Shown piece after piece: positions 9,126-19,795 of a stretch of DNA of 64,000 nucleotides; positions within the stretch are counted from its first letter, which is position 1; each line of letters opens with the position of its first letter. The notes under the pieces were generated by a model. The model had not been told where the DNA came from. It was given only the letters and a program-made list of their open reading frames with translations, and searched no databases. Source of the stretch: Vulcanimicrobiales bacterium (GTDB lineage Bacteria; Vulcanimicrobiota; Vulcanimicrobiia; Vulcanimicrobiales; Vulcanimicrobiaceae); the NCBI GenBank assembly GCA_038231455.1, contig JBBRLI010000011.1:51922-115921 (forward strand), written 5' to 3'. The translations under genes were made by a program, and so were the position numbers.

Positions 9126-10538
9126 TTGCGTACCACTTCAATCATCGGCGGGCTCATCGCCGCCGTATTTCTCGGCGCGCCGGCGTTCGCGGCGGACCCC
9201 GGTCCGCTCGATCTGCAAGGCGCGCTGAAGTTCGCACTCAACCATAGCCAAACGATTCTTGCGAAACGCTCGACCCTCGCGAGTCTCGAATCAAACTATG
9301 CGCGTCTGCATGCCGCGGAGTTTCCAACCATCGTTGGATCGTTGCAAAATACGCTTCAGAAGAGCGCGAACACCGCCGGTGCGTTCCAGCAGTTTAACCT
9401 CTCGCAGCAAAGCGTCTTTTCGCAGAACACCGCGCAGATCGGTTCGAATTGGACGATCAATACCGGATCGTCGCAGCAAATCAGCGCGCAGCAAGCAAAA
9501 CGCCAGCAAGACGCGGCACAAGCCGACTTACATCGTTCGGAGCAGCAGCTCGCGGTCGACGTGAGCAACGGATTTTACGCGCTCGTCGCCAAGCGTGAAG
9601 CAACGCGACTCGCGCGTGCGGACCGCGCCTATCAACAAGCTTTACTCGACGTTGCACGGCAGAGTGAAAAAGTCGGCCGTGTCGCCGGTGTCGACGTCTT
9701 GCGCGCACAGGCCAACGAGCTGCGAAGCGAGTCGACGCTCGTCTCAACGACGAGCGATGAGGCGACGGCCGCCGAGACGCTCGCACAGACGATCGGCGCG
9801 CCTGCGGAGACCGCTTTTGCAATCCCGACCATCGTTCCTGAACCCGCACTCGTACAGACACCGGTCGCCCAACTCATCACGATCGCACAGAATACGCGCC
9901 TCGATATTCTCGGCGCACGTGCGACACTCGATGCCGACCGGCTCGCCGACGGTTTGATCGAGACCGATCGCCGTCCGATCGTTCAACTCGGCGGTTCGTT
10001 CGGCAATCAAACCTCGCCGACGACCTTCGTCTCTCAGCAGCGCAGCATCGATGCGCAGAACGCGATCAATCGTCAACTCGGTCAACCGCTACTACCGAAC
10101 GTCGTGCGCGGCGGCCCGGGATTCTGGCAGCTCAACGCAACATCGTCGTTTTCGCTTCCGCTCATCGAATACGGTTCGCGCCGCGCCCAACACAACGCGG
10201 CACGTGCCGCGATCGACGCTGCGCAGTCACAGCTCGACGCAACTAAACGCAGCGTCGAGATCGACGTCCGCCAAGCGCTTCGCGCCGCGCAAACGGCATC
10301 GGCCACACTCGCGTTCGCCAAGCAGTCAGCGCAGTTCGGCGCCGAATCCGCTCGCGTCGCGCAGTTGCAATATAAAAACGGACTGATTTCCCTCACTGAT
10401 GCGACAGCCGCCGAGCAGACGTCGCTCAGTTCGCAGAACGATCTCATCAATGCCCGGATCGCGTATGTCGAGGCCGCGATTCGTCTTCGCGTGGCCCTCG
10501 GCACGTATGACCCGCTCGTCGCCGTGGATGTGAAATAA
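9126..10538 (+). CDS. TolC family outer membrane efflux protein
   Basis: Signal peptide (..APAFA), LDLQGALKFAL, two OEP repeats, QYKNGLISLTD; probable TTG start at 9126. Confidence 0.88.
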   Translation: MRTTSIIGGLIAAVFLGAPAFAADPGPLDLQGALKFALNHSQTILAKRSTLASLESNYARLHAAEFPTIVGSLQNTLQKSANTAGAFQQFNLSQQSVFSQNTAQIGSNWTINTGSSQQISAQQAKRQQDAAQADLHRSEQQLAVDVSNGFYALVAKREATRLARADRAYQQALLDVARQSEKVGRVAGVDVLRAQANELRSESTLVSTTSDEATAAETLAQTIGAPAETAFAIPTIVPEPALVQTPVAQLITIAQNTRLDILGARATLDADRLADGLIETDRRPIVQLGGSFGNQTSPTTFVSQQRSIDAQNAINRQLGQPLLPNVVRGGPGFWQLNATSSFSLPLIEYGSRRAQHNAARAAIDAAQSQLDATKRSVEIDVRQALRAAQTASATLAFAKQSAQFGAESARVAQLQYKNGLISLTDATAAEQTSLSSQNDLINARIAYVEAAIRLRVALGTYDPLVAVDVK

Positions 10539-10539
10539 C

Positions 10540-12102
10540 ATGAATCGCCGCCGGAATATCATCATACTCGTAGGCGCGCTCGCCGCGATCATTATCATCG
10601 CGATCGTCGCGAACGCCTCCAAACCCAAGGGCAGCGGGCTGACCGTCTCAACGCAAACCATCGTCTACACGCGCTTCACGACCCGGCTGCCGGAGACCGG
10701 AACGCTCCAGCGTCCGCAAACGCAAACGCTCGCAGCGCTCGTCGGCGGCAATCTCGGCGCACTCTACGTCCACCCGGGCGATCACGTTACGCAAGGGCAA
10801 CTCGTCGCGACGGTCGAGAACCCGCAGCTCGCCTCGTCACTATCGACAGCCCGTGACACGCTGCTCTCCGCACAAGCTCGAGTCAAGACGGTCGCCGAAA
10901 CCAATGCCGCACTTCCGGCGCAGAATCGTTCCTCGATCGTGCAAGCACAAGCCGCTGTCGAGCAAGCAAAGTTCGCACTCAATCAAGCTCGGCAGGACGC
11001 ACTAAACGGATCGCAATCCGGCCTCGGCTACGGCGGCTCGTCGGCCGAAGAACAGCGCCTCTCCGCGAATGCAAGTGTCGCGAACGCCGATAGCAACTTG
11101 AGCGAAGCGCAGCGAATCTATAATGCCAATAAAGACTTGTTCGCGAATAAAGCGATTTCGAAAGACCAGCTTGATTCCTCACAAGCAAGATTCGTGCAAG
11201 CGCAAGTCGCCGACAATCAAGCGCGTCGCCAGCGTGACTTTACAATCCAAAATCTCGGCCGCCAAAAACCCGTTTTGCAAGATCGCGCTCGCGCGTCCGA
11301 AGACAGCCTTCGACAAGCGCAAGCCCAACTTGCTGCGGCCCAAGCAAACGCCGCACAATCGAAATCCGGCGATCTCGACTCGGCGCGGGCCGATGCGGCA
11401 AAGGCGCAGAGCGACTATCAGTATGCCGCAGACCAAGTGGCGCGCCTGCAAATCCACGCGCCCATCAGTGGGACGGTGCAAACGATCGCATCCCAAACCA
11501 CGGATACTCTGCGGCAACTCCAACCCGGCGACTCCGTTACGGTAGGACAAGCGCTCGTGACCGTTGCGGGCGATAATGGCCTCGTGGTACGCACGAAAGT
11601 AGACGAACAGGACGTTGCCTCCATTCGCGTCGGTCAGCGCGCGAATGTAAGCGGCGAAGACCTCGGCGGCAAAACGCTACCCGGACATATCTCGTTCATC
11701 TCCGCTGTCGCTCAAAAGAGCGACGATCCATCCAATACCGCTCGTCAAGTCATCACGACCGTGGCCCTCGACAAGACGCTCCCCTTCTTGCGCGATGGCA
11801 TGACGGTCGATGTCGATATCCTCACGCGCGACATGCCGCACACGATCGCCGTTCCGAATGACGCGATTCGCAAAGAGACGAACGGCAACGCTTCCTACGT
11901 TTTCGTTCTCTCGGGCGGTAAGGCCAAGAAAACGTCGATCAAAACCGGGCTCGCGAATGATTCGCAAACGATCGTATCGAGCGGCGTCAAGCCCGGCGAT
12001 GTGATCGTCACCGAGAATAATCCGCTCGTCACCGACGGTGCGGCCGTGGCTCCCAAGCCGAAACCATCGGCCTTGCCGAAGTCTGTCGCCAGCGGTTCGT
12101 GA
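10540..12102 (+). CDS. Efflux periplasmic adaptor (HlyD/MacA/YknX-like)
   Basis: N-terminal TM, V.PGD.V..GQ lipoyl half, long coiled coil, IHAPISGTV, VDEQDV. Confidence 0.9.
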   Translation: MNRRRNIIILVGALAAIIIIAIVANASKPKGSGLTVSTQTIVYTRFTTRLPETGTLQRPQTQTLAALVGGNLGALYVHPGDHVTQGQLVATVENPQLASSLSTARDTLLSAQARVKTVAETNAALPAQNRSSIVQAQAAVEQAKFALNQARQDALNGSQSGLGYGGSSAEEQRLSANASVANADSNLSEAQRIYNANKDLFANKAISKDQLDSSQARFVQAQVADNQARRQRDFTIQNLGRQKPVLQDRARASEDSLRQAQAQLAAAQANAAQSKSGDLDSARADAAKAQSDYQYAADQVARLQIHAPISGTVQTIASQTTDTLRQLQPGDSVTVGQALVTVAGDNGLVVRTKVDEQDVASIRVGQRANVSGEDLGGKTLPGHISFISAVAQKSDDPSNTARQVITTVALDKTLPFLRDGMTVDVDILTRDMPHTIAVPNDAIRKETNGNASYVFVLSGGKAKKTSIKTGLANDSQTIVSSGVKPGDVIVTENNPLVTDGAAVAPKPKPSALPKSVASGS

Positions 12103-13292
12103 ACCGGTTTCTCGCCTACATCCGCGAGGCGTTCGAAGCGATCTGGCGCAACCGCGTCAGGTCGGGGCTCACCATGCTCGGCATGATCATCGGAACGTCC
12201 TCGATCATCGGCGTCCTTGGCGTGAGTAAAGCAATGTCGGGCGGAATTACCGGCACGCTCAATGGCTTTGGTGATGCCGGCATCGCGATTCAAGTCGACA
12301 ACAACCAGGACGATCCACAGTCAGCCAGCATTCAGTATCGCGATATCGCGCTCATTCGAAGTACCGTGGGGACGAAACTCAAGCACATTGAGCCGGCCTA
12401 TCAGCGACAGTACACGATCCGATTTGGTAAGCAGTCGATCGTTCCATTCACCACTTCCGGGAGCGACTATCACCCCGATTCGCTCACCTTGCGCGAAGGC
12501 CGCCGTATTGATATCGGCGATGTGACGAGCGGTGCGCACGTTTGCCTGGTGTCCACGACCATCGCAGATAAATTTTTCCCTGCGCAATCGGCTCTAGGGC
12601 AAGTCGTGCGCGTGGGCGGGTCTCGCTTTCGCATCATTGGCGTGTATGATGCAATCAAAGGTGGGCTCTTCGCCTCGCTCGGCGGCGGCGACTTTCTTGA
12701 AATTCCTTATCCCGCGTTTCATGAAATCAGTCCCGGACCGATCGACGTGATCAATCTTTATGCCGCTGATGGTGTGAGCGTCGCGGATGTCGGCGATGCC
12801 GTAACGCGAGAACTCCAGCGCTTGCACGGGCCCAAGGCAAAATACAATACACAAGACAACAACGGGCAGATCCAAGCCTTCAATTCGGTCCTCGGCGCGA
12901 TCTCGATCGGTCTCACCGCAATCGGTGGCGTGGCGCTTGTCGTCGCCGGCATTGGAATTATGAATATCATGCTCGTGTCGGTCACGGAGCGGACTCGAGA
13001 GATCGGCATCCGGAAGTCGATCGGAGCGAACCGGGGGGACATCGCCCTTCAATTCTTGCTCGAGGCTATTTTGCTCTCGCTGATCGGCGGCGGAATCGGG
13101 ATGGTCATCGGGCTCGGGGTGACGTTGCTTGCATACAATGCGATCGAGAAACTGGTCGGACCGGCACCAGTGCCATATCTTTTAATCGTTACGATCGCTG
13201 TTGGATTCTCAACGCTGATCGGCACGATCTTCGGAACGTATCCGGCACTACGCGCCAGCCGGCTCGATCCGATCGTCGCATTGCGAAGCTGA
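12099..13292 (+). CDS. MacB/FtsX-like ABC permease
   Basis: RNRVRSGLTMLGMIIG; GIGIMNIMLVSVTERTREIGIRKSIGA; LDPIVALR. Confidence 0.94.
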   Translation: MNRFLAYIREAFEAIWRNRVRSGLTMLGMIIGTSSIIGVLGVSKAMSGGITGTLNGFGDAGIAIQVDNNQDDPQSASIQYRDIALIRSTVGTKLKHIEPAYQRQYTIRFGKQSIVPFTTSGSDYHPDSLTLREGRRIDIGDVTSGAHVCLVSTTIADKFFPAQSALGQVVRVGGSRFRIIGVYDAIKGGLFASLGGGDFLEIPYPAFHEISPGPIDVINLYAADGVSVADVGDAVTRELQRLHGPKAKYNTQDNNGQIQAFNSVLGAISIGLTAIGGVALVVAGIGIMNIMLVSVTERTREIGIRKSIGANRGDIALQFLLEAILLSLIGGGIGMVIGLGVTLLAYNAIEKLVGPAPVPYLLIVTIAVGFSTLIGTIFGTYPALRASRLDPIVALRS

Positions 13293-13295
13293 GCG

Positions 13296-14489
13296 ATGTT
13301 TCAATATATTACCGAGGCCCTCGCCGTTCTTCTTGCGAATCGAACGCGCTCGTTTCTCACCGCACTCGGTCTCATTATCGGTGTCATGGCCGTTATCTCG
13401 ATTCAAGTTTTGGGTGCGGGCATGTCGGGTGCCGTCAGTGGCGTCCTCGGACAATTTAACGACCACAGCTTCATTCTCAGCGTCGCGCGGCAGCCAAATT
13501 TCATTCGCGCAACGATGAGCGTGCGCGATATCGAACGCGTGAAGGCGAACGTACCGAACGTCGTCGACGGGATGCCGGTGGGTGGTGTTCCGCGTGTCGT
13601 AACGATCGGGAAAAAATACGCCCGCTTGATTGTCGGTGGAGCCTCTGACGAGCGATTCGCTACGACCCCAATCCAGTACGGCCGAAATTTCACGATAGAC
13701 GAAATCGCGACCGGCGCAAACGTCGCAATACTCAATGACCGCGCGGAAACAAAACTCAACCCGGACGGGGCAAACCCAGTTGGACAGTCCGTGCGGATCG
13801 GGGATCGCCGGCTGGTTATCGTCGGCGTATACCAAAAACCAAAAACGGGCATCGTCCCATCGTTTGCATTTGGGGACGTGTTAATTCCGTATACGACCTA
13901 CGAGCGTCAGATAGCACGCGGATTTAAATATGGTCAGGCTCAGTTTTTCATCGCCGACGCAACTCGCACCCAGGAAACCGAAGACGCAGCCACGGCGTAT
14001 TTGAAGTCGCTAAAAGTTAAAGGTGTGCTCTACAGAACGACGGACCGCAAGACGCTGAGCGGAAGCATCGATAGTATTTTTGCGGTCTTGACATTGGTTG
14101 TCGCACTCATCGGTGCCGTATCGCTCGTCGTGGCCGGTATCGGCATCCTCAACATCATGCTCGTCTCGGTGGCCGAGCGGACTCGCGAAATCGGGCTCCG
14201 CAAAGCGATCGGCGCGACGCGTTTTCAAATACTCGCGCAGTTTTTCATCGAGGCGCTGCTGCTCTCGGCAATCGGTTGCGCGATTGGCCTCGTGCTTGGT
14301 TTGGGCATTGGAGGGCTCGTAAATGCCCTTCTGCTCGTGCAGATATCCGGAGTCGTCGCACCGATCCCGTGGGTACGCTCGGTTCTCATCGCTACGGGCT
14401 TTGCAACCCTCGTCACCCTTGCGTTCGGAACATATCCCGCGTATCGCGCGGCCAGCTTAGATCCCATCGAGGCACTTCGGTATGAATAG
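13296..14489 (+). CDS. MacB/FtsX-like ABC permease (second paralog)
   Basis: [47 protein letters not shown]. Confidence 0.94.
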   Translation: MFQYITEALAVLLANRTRSFLTALGLIIGVMAVISIQVLGAGMSGAVSGVLGQFNDHSFILSVARQPNFIRATMSVRDIERVKANVPNVVDGMPVGGVPRVVTIGKKYARLIVGGASDERFATTPIQYGRNFTIDEIATGANVAILNDRAETKLNPDGANPVGQSVRIGDRRLVIVGVYQKPKTGIVPSFAFGDVLIPYTTYERQIARGFKYGQAQFFIADATRTQETEDAATAYLKSLKVKGVLYRTTDRKTLSGSIDSIFAVLTLVVALIGAVSLVVAGIGILNIMLVSVAERTREIGLRKAIGATRFQILAQFFIEALLLSAIGCAIGLVLGLGIGGLVNALLLVQISGVVAPIPWVRSVLIATGFATLVTLAFGTYPAYRAASLDPIEALRYE

Positions 14490-15198
14490 CATCTCGGCAC
14501 ACGCCGTTATCGATCTGAACAACGTCACGAAAACATACGCAAGCGGAGAATTGAGCGTGCAGGCACTGCGTGGCGTCACGTTCTCAATTCAGCCGGGCGA
14601 GTATGTCGCGATCATGGGGCCGTCAGGTTCGGGTAAATCGACACTTATGAACCTGCTCGGCGCACTGGATCGTCCGACGACGGGAACCTATAAACTCGAC
14701 GGGACCGACGTTGCATCTCTGAACGACAACGAACTCGCCGGCATCCGATTGAAAAAACTCGGATTCATTTTCCAAGGCTTCAACTTGCTCGCGCGCACGT
14801 CGGCGACAAAAAACGTCGCCCTTCCGCTTTTTTACGCTGGCTTGAGTCCGAAATTGCGCAATGACGCTGCGATTGCGCGTCTTAAAGAGGTCGGCCTCGG
14901 CGATCGTCTCACGCACAAGCCAAACGAGCTCTCCGGCGGCCAGCAACAGCGCGTCGCGATAGCACGTGCGTTAGTAAACGATCCTGCGGTGCTACTCGCA
15001 GACGAACCAACCGGTAACCTCGATACGCAAACGAGCGAAGAAATCATGGCGCTCTTCGAAAAGCTCAACGCAGCCGGGCGCACGATCATCATGGTCACAC
15101 ACGATGAAGACGTCGCGCACCACGCCAAACGCATCGTCCGCGTCCGCGACGGCTTAGTCGTCGCCGACGAGCTGACGAACAAGCGCGCCGTCTCCTAA
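14482..15198 (+). CDS. ABC ATP-binding protein (LolD/MacB type)
   Basis: [28 protein letters not shown]. Confidence 0.96.
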   Translation: MNSISAHAVIDLNNVTKTYASGELSVQALRGVTFSIQPGEYVAIMGPSGSGKSTLMNLLGALDRPTTGTYKLDGTDVASLNDNELAGIRLKKLGFIFQGFNLLARTSATKNVALPLFYAGLSPKLRNDAAIARLKEVGLGDRLTHKPNELSGGQQQRVAIARALVNDPAVLLADEPTGNLDTQTSEEIMALFEKLNAAGRTIIMVTHDEDVAHHAKRIVRVRDGLVVADELTNKRAVS

Positions 15199-15282
15199 AC
15201 GGGTTTTCACGATCCAGGACGTCCCCAGCCGATTCGAGCGTATTATAGAATGATGAAGATTGGGGCAGAAGGATCACTGGGG

Positions 15283-15308
15283 TGACACTTTCGAACCGGG
15301 CTGGCGTA
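15283..15308 (+). promoter_or_regulatory. Putative ECF sigma promoter of htrA
   Basis: TGACAC-N16-CGTA. Confidence 0.5.
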
Positions 15309-15350
15309 TTAAGCCCGTACAGCCCATTCGATTAGGAGCTTTTTCATATC

Positions 15351-16559
15351 ATGAAGTCACGCGTCTTTGGAACGGCCGTCGTCGGTCTTACGGGAGCAAT
15401 CGTCGGGAGCTTCTCGATGATGCTCTATGCGAGCACCCACTTCGCCGGCGTCGCCGGTCCGGGAAACAACCCGCCGAGCGTCAGCGCGGCCCCGCTGGCC
15501 GCTGGGTCGAGCGACCAGGAACGCATCATCAACGCCGTCAAGCGCGTCGAGCCCTCGGTTGTCGCACTCAATGTCGTGCTCAACGGAACGCGCATCGTTC
15601 CGGCGGACCCGTTCTCGGCGATGTTTGGCGGCCCGAGCGCTGGCGTCCGCCAGCGCTATCAATCCAAGGCCTCCGGGTCGGGATTCATCTATTCGAAATC
15701 CGGCCTCATCGTCACGAACGCTCACGTCGTTCCGAAAGGCACGACGAGCGTCGAAGTGGTCCTTGCAAACGGCGAGAAGCGCACGGCTCACGTTTACTCC
15801 TCGGATCCTTCCGTCGACCTCGCGCTCGTCAAGGTCGACAACATCGCGAACCTCCCGCCGCCGGTCGAACTCGGCAACTCGAGCTCGCTCCAAGCGGGCC
15901 AGTGGGCAATTGCGATCGGCGAACCCTTCGAACTCAAGCAAACGGTCACGGTCGGCGTCGTTTCGGGCTTCAATCGCGACGAACAGATCGGCGATGACCA
16001 GGGCAACCCGCGCGAATTCAAAGGCCTGCTGCAAACCAGTGCCCCGATCAACCCCGGCAATTCGGGTGGTCCCTTGATCGACATCGAAGGCCGCCTGATC
16101 GGCGTGAATCAGTCGACCGCAAATCCGCAGGCCGGCGCCCAAGGCATTGGCTTTGCGATCCCGGTCAACGCCGCGCGCAGCTCGCTTGCCGCGCTCGAAA
16201 AAACGCCCGGCGTGACCGGCATTAAAAATGTCAGCTATATCGGCTTCGTGCCCGCGCCGCTCAATACTGACGCGCGCACGCAACTCGGTTATAGCGGCAC
16301 CGGGAAAGTCGTTATCGCAACGGTCCAAGGCGGTAGCCCGGCCGACGCCGCGGGCATCCAGCCCGGCGACATCGTCCTAAAATACAATAATAAAGATGTG
16401 ACCAGCGTCGAACAGCTACGCGCGATGATCAAAGCCGAAAAGCCCGGCACGAACATTGGCCTGCAAATCTTCCGCCAAGGCGCGAAGACCCTCGTTAACG
16501 TGAAGATCGGATCCGCCGACCCGCAAGATTTGCTACAAGTACAACCCCAACAGCCCTAA
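15351..16559 (+). CDS. htrA: HtrA/DegP family serine protease with one PDZ domain
   Basis: GSGF, TNAHVV, DLAL, INPGNSGGPL, C-terminal PDZ (GSPADAAGIQPGD); AGGAG SD. Confidence 0.93.
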   Translation: MKSRVFGTAVVGLTGAIVGSFSMMLYASTHFAGVAGPGNNPPSVSAAPLAAGSSDQERIINAVKRVEPSVVALNVVLNGTRIVPADPFSAMFGGPSAGVRQRYQSKASGSGFIYSKSGLIVTNAHVVPKGTTSVEVVLANGEKRTAHVYSSDPSVDLALVKVDNIANLPPPVELGNSSSLQAGQWAIAIGEPFELKQTVTVGVVSGFNRDEQIGDDQGNPREFKGLLQTSAPINPGNSGGPLIDIEGRLIGVNQSTANPQAGAQGIGFAIPVNAARSSLAALEKTPGVTGIKNVSYIGFVPAPLNTDARTQLGYSGTGKVVIATVQGGSPADAAGIQPGDIVLKYNNKDVTSVEQLRAMIKAEKPGTNIGLQIFRQGAKTLVNVKIGSADPQDLLQVQPQQP

Positions 16560-16590
16560 GGCAATTAGGCCCGACACACGAAAGCGAGCG

Positions 16591-17535
16591 TTACCGCCGA
16601 GAGGCGTGACGCTCGTTTTTTTCTGTCGAACGCAGAGCGCGTTCAACCGCCGCGCGATATGATAACGGTACGCGCGGCAGAATCATCCGAAGCGGCGTGG
16701 GATCGCCGATGCTGTCGGTCAACACGGTGTCGGCAAGACCGCGAAGCGCACCGCGGGGCAATTTTGCCGCACGTTCGATGAAGGGTGCAAGCGATCCGAG
16801 GAGTCCACGCGGAAGATCGATCTTGATCGGAGGGCGGCGACCCATAACAGCCGCTGCCACATCAATCATTTCGTTGTTGGTCAGGACGTCGTCATTGCCG
16901 ACATCGTAACACTGACCATACGTGCGCGAATCCTCGAGAGCGCCGGCGAGATAGTAGACCAAATCCCCAACGTCGATGTTGCGAAATTTTTGCCGTCCCG
17001 CACCAAAGAGATTCACGCTCACCGGTCGTTTCGCGTGGCTCACCATCGTATTGAAGCCGAATCCGCCCACGCCAACGATTTGACCCGGTCGAATCACCGT
17101 CACGTCGAGGCCGCTTGCAAGCAAGAACTGCTCCGCCTTCCAGCGTCCGCGGATCCAGGCGCTCGGTGCATCAGGTGCGATCCCAAGAAACGTCACGTAT
17201 AGCAAGCGGCTCACGTCTTTTGACTTGCATCCTTGAACGATATTTTCTAAACCGTTCATCTCCACGTCCATGAAATCCGCACGCGCCGGACTTGCGGGTT
17301 GCGGCGAGAGCGTGTGAACCGAGATATAGGCGGCGTCGACCCCATCGAGGGCGCGCTCCATCGACGCAAAATCGGAGATGTCGCCTTGGACGATCTCGCA
17401 GCCCTTCGCCGCTAGGTCCGTAAGTCGCGATGTATCGCGTGCCAGAGCGCGCACGAAATACCCGTTGCCGAGCAGTTCCCGGGCGAGATACCCCCCAAGA
17501 AACCCGGACGCACCAATGACAAGAATCTTCTTCAT
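16591..17535 (-). CDS. NAD(P)-binding atypical SDR (NmrA/epimerase-like)
   Basis: KILVIGASGFLG Rossmann motif; exact start uncertain (17535 or 17547). Confidence 0.85.
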   Translation of the reverse strand: MKKILVIGASGFLGGYLARELLGNGYFVRALARDTSRLTDLAAKGCEIVQGDISDFASMERALDGVDAAYISVHTLSPQPASPARADFMDVEMNGLENIVQGCKSKDVSRLLYVTFLGIAPDAPSAWIRGRWKAEQFLLASGLDVTVIRPGQIVGVGGFGFNTMVSHAKRPVSVNLFGAGRQKFRNIDVGDLVYYLAGALEDSRTYGQCYDVGNDDVLTNNEMIDVAAAVMGRRPPIKIDLPRGLLGSLAPFIERAAKLPRGALRGLADTVLTDSIGDPTPLRMILPRVPLSYRAAVERALRSTEKNERHASRR

Positions 17536-17575
17536 TCTGCGCAACATACACGGCAACGCTGGAGCAATCTATAAG

Positions 17576-17682
17576 CGATCGTCTGAAAAATCTTCGCGAT
17601 CGTTTCGAACTCGCTCCGCAACCAAAAGTGCCGAAACGTCCTCGGACGATCGAGCAAAAAACACAGACGCCGACGCATAGAT
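17576..17682. promoter_or_regulatory. Paired direct-repeat boxes (GACGATCG-like) in a divergent promoter, putative AraC sites
   Basis: Minus-strand copies at 17576 and 17597; plus-strand copies at 17643 and 17664; each pair is 21 bp apart. Confidence 0.6.
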
Positions 17683-17751
17683 CGCTTGCCGAATATCTTT
17701 TATCCTCGTGAAAGTTCGTCGCAGATGCGGCAGAGAGCATGAGGGGAATCG

Positions 17752-18741
17752 ATGCGCGTTTTTGTTACCGGAGCGACGGGATTCATCGGTCGGGCCGTTG
17801 TCCGAGCGTTGATCGAAGCAGGGCACGACGTTAGCGGCCTTGCGCGTTCGGATGCATCGGCACAAGCACTCACAACAGCCGGTGTCCGCGTCCATCGCGG
17901 GTCACTCGAGGATCTCGAGAGCTTGCGGCGCGGCGCGGCAGCTGCCGAAGGTGCGATTCACACCGCCTATTTTCATGAATTCACGCATGCGGATGTTGCA
18001 ACGCGACTGCGCGTCATGCTCGGTGGAAGTCCGAGCGGAATCATCGGCCGCTTCATGGCGGCGAGCATCGAGACCGACCGGCGTGCAATCGAAACTATCG
18101 GACGTTCGCTCGGCGGACCAGATCCTGCTCTCGTTGTCGCCTCCGGAACGCTCTCGATGCAGGCGGGCAAGCTCGCGACGGAAGACGAGTTTCCCGATCC
18201 GAGCGCCGTTGGTGGACGCCGCGCATCGTCGGAACGGACGGCCATCGGACTCGTAACCTCCGGCGTGCGCGCGTCTGTTATCCGGCTTCCTCCGCTCGTT
18301 CATGGCGAAGACGATCGCACGGGTTTTGCTCCGCGCCTCGTTGGAACCGCTCGTAAGAAAGCCTTCGCGGCGTTCGTCGGTGATGGCCGCAACCATTGGC
18401 CCGCCGTGCATCGGAGCGATGTCGCGCAACTCTTCCGCTTAGCGCTGGAAACGGGAACGGCCGGAGCGCGGTATCACGGAGTTGCAGAAGAGGGCATTCC
18501 GTTTCGCACGATTGCGGATGCGATCGGCCGACGCCTGAGCCTGCCCGTGCTTAGCAAAACGCCGGAAGAGGCAGCCAAGCTTTTTAGCTGGCTTGCACCG
18601 TTCATTGCCGCCGATAATCTTGCGTCGAGCGCCTTGACGCAAGACCGTCTCGGATGGAGCCCAACTGGACCGGGATTGATCGCGGATCTGGAGGGCAGTT
18701 GGTATTTCAAATCGGATCCGGATCGCAAATACGGAACCTAA
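17752..18741 (+). CDS. NAD-dependent epimerase/dehydratase family SDR
   Basis: MRVFVTGATGFIG; WPAVHRSD; LGWSPTGP. Confidence 0.9.
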   Translation: MRVFVTGATGFIGRAVVRALIEAGHDVSGLARSDASAQALTTAGVRVHRGSLEDLESLRRGAAAAEGAIHTAYFHEFTHADVATRLRVMLGGSPSGIIGRFMAASIETDRRAIETIGRSLGGPDPALVVASGTLSMQAGKLATEDEFPDPSAVGGRRASSERTAIGLVTSGVRASVIRLPPLVHGEDDRTGFAPRLVGTARKKAFAAFVGDGRNHWPAVHRSDVAQLFRLALETGTAGARYHGVAEEGIPFRTIADAIGRRLSLPVLSKTPEEAAKLFSWLAPFIAADNLASSALTQDRLGWSPTGPGLIADLEGSWYFKSDPDRKYGT

Positions 18742-18754
18742 GGATCGGCGCCGC

Positions 18755-19684
18755 TCAAACGGCGATGCCGAGGCCGTCTGCTGCTGCAAGAACGTAACGC
18801 CGCGGCGGGCAGCCCATCACTCGTTTGAAAGCGGTGCTGAATGCGCTCTCGGATTCGTAACCGATTGAGAGCGCAATGTCGGCGACGGAGTCGCGCGAGT
18901 TTCGAAGCCGCTCGCCAGCTAGCAGCATCCGCCAGCGCGTCAGATAATCCATCGGTGCGGTCCCAACCAGCGCTTTAAATTTCACCGCAAACGTCGAACG
19001 CGACATATTCGCGAGTTCGGCTAGCTCCGCAAGCGTCCAGCGGTGCGCCGGCTCGCCGTGAATTGCATAGAGCGCCGTACTCATCTGAGCGTCTGCAAGC
19101 GCGAAGAGCCAACCGACGCGATTACCCGCGCCACTGGCAAGATGAAGTCGCAGCACCTGGAGCAAGATCATTTGCAGCAGATGCTCTGCCACGAGCACGC
19201 CGCCGGGCTGCGGTTCGCGGAGTTCACGCATCAATTCTTGCATCGCCCAGCGCATCGGCGTTCGGTCGGACTGCTTTTGGATATGCACGACGGGCGGCAA
19301 CGAACCGAGCAGAATGTCGGAATGATTTCCTGCCAGTTCGAAGTAGCCGCCAACGCCCAGGAGATCCCCGCCGCCGTTGACGGTGAGGATTTGGCCGCGT
19401 AGAGGCCGCGGGTAGGCCGTTTCAAAGTCGACGGGCGGCATCGACTGGTCGGTTGTGATTCGGAAAGGCCGTCCTCGTGCTAAGAGAACGCAGTCACCCT
19501 CTTCGAGGCGAATCGATGCGGGCTCACCGTCCATTTCGAGCCAGCACGACCCGGAGAGGATGGCATAGCACTTGATGCCGACGTCTTCGGCAAAGTCGAT
19601 CGACCAGGGACCGCCGACATCAAATCCGCCAAACATGTATTTGCCGGGTTTGAGCATGGAGACAATCTCAGATAACGGATCCAC
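18755..19684 (-). CDS. AraC family regulator with cupin_6 N-domain (RclR-like)
   Basis: MDPLSEIV start, cupin domain, WTLAELA..MSRSTFA, GYESESAFSTAFKR HTH. Confidence 0.93.
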   Translation of the reverse strand: MDPLSEIVSMLKPGKYMFGGFDVGGPWSIDFAEDVGIKCYAILSGSCWLEMDGEPASIRLEEGDCVLLARGRPFRITTDQSMPPVDFETAYPRPLRGQILTVNGGGDLLGVGGYFELAGNHSDILLGSLPPVVHIQKQSDRTPMRWAMQELMRELREPQPGGVLVAEHLLQMILLQVLRLHLASGAGNRVGWLFALADAQMSTALYAIHGEPAHRWTLAELAELANMSRSTFAVKFKALVGTAPMDYLTRWRMLLAGERLRNSRDSVADIALSIGYESESAFSTAFKRVMGCPPRRYVLAAADGLGIAV

Positions 19685-19795
19685 TACACCAGTCCGGACG
19701 ATCGCGAAGAAATGGCCGCTTTTCCGTCATCCTCGTATTTCTTCTTCTGCAGCCCATGAACGAAACCAAAGTGCCAAAAAAGCTGTCATAGGCTT

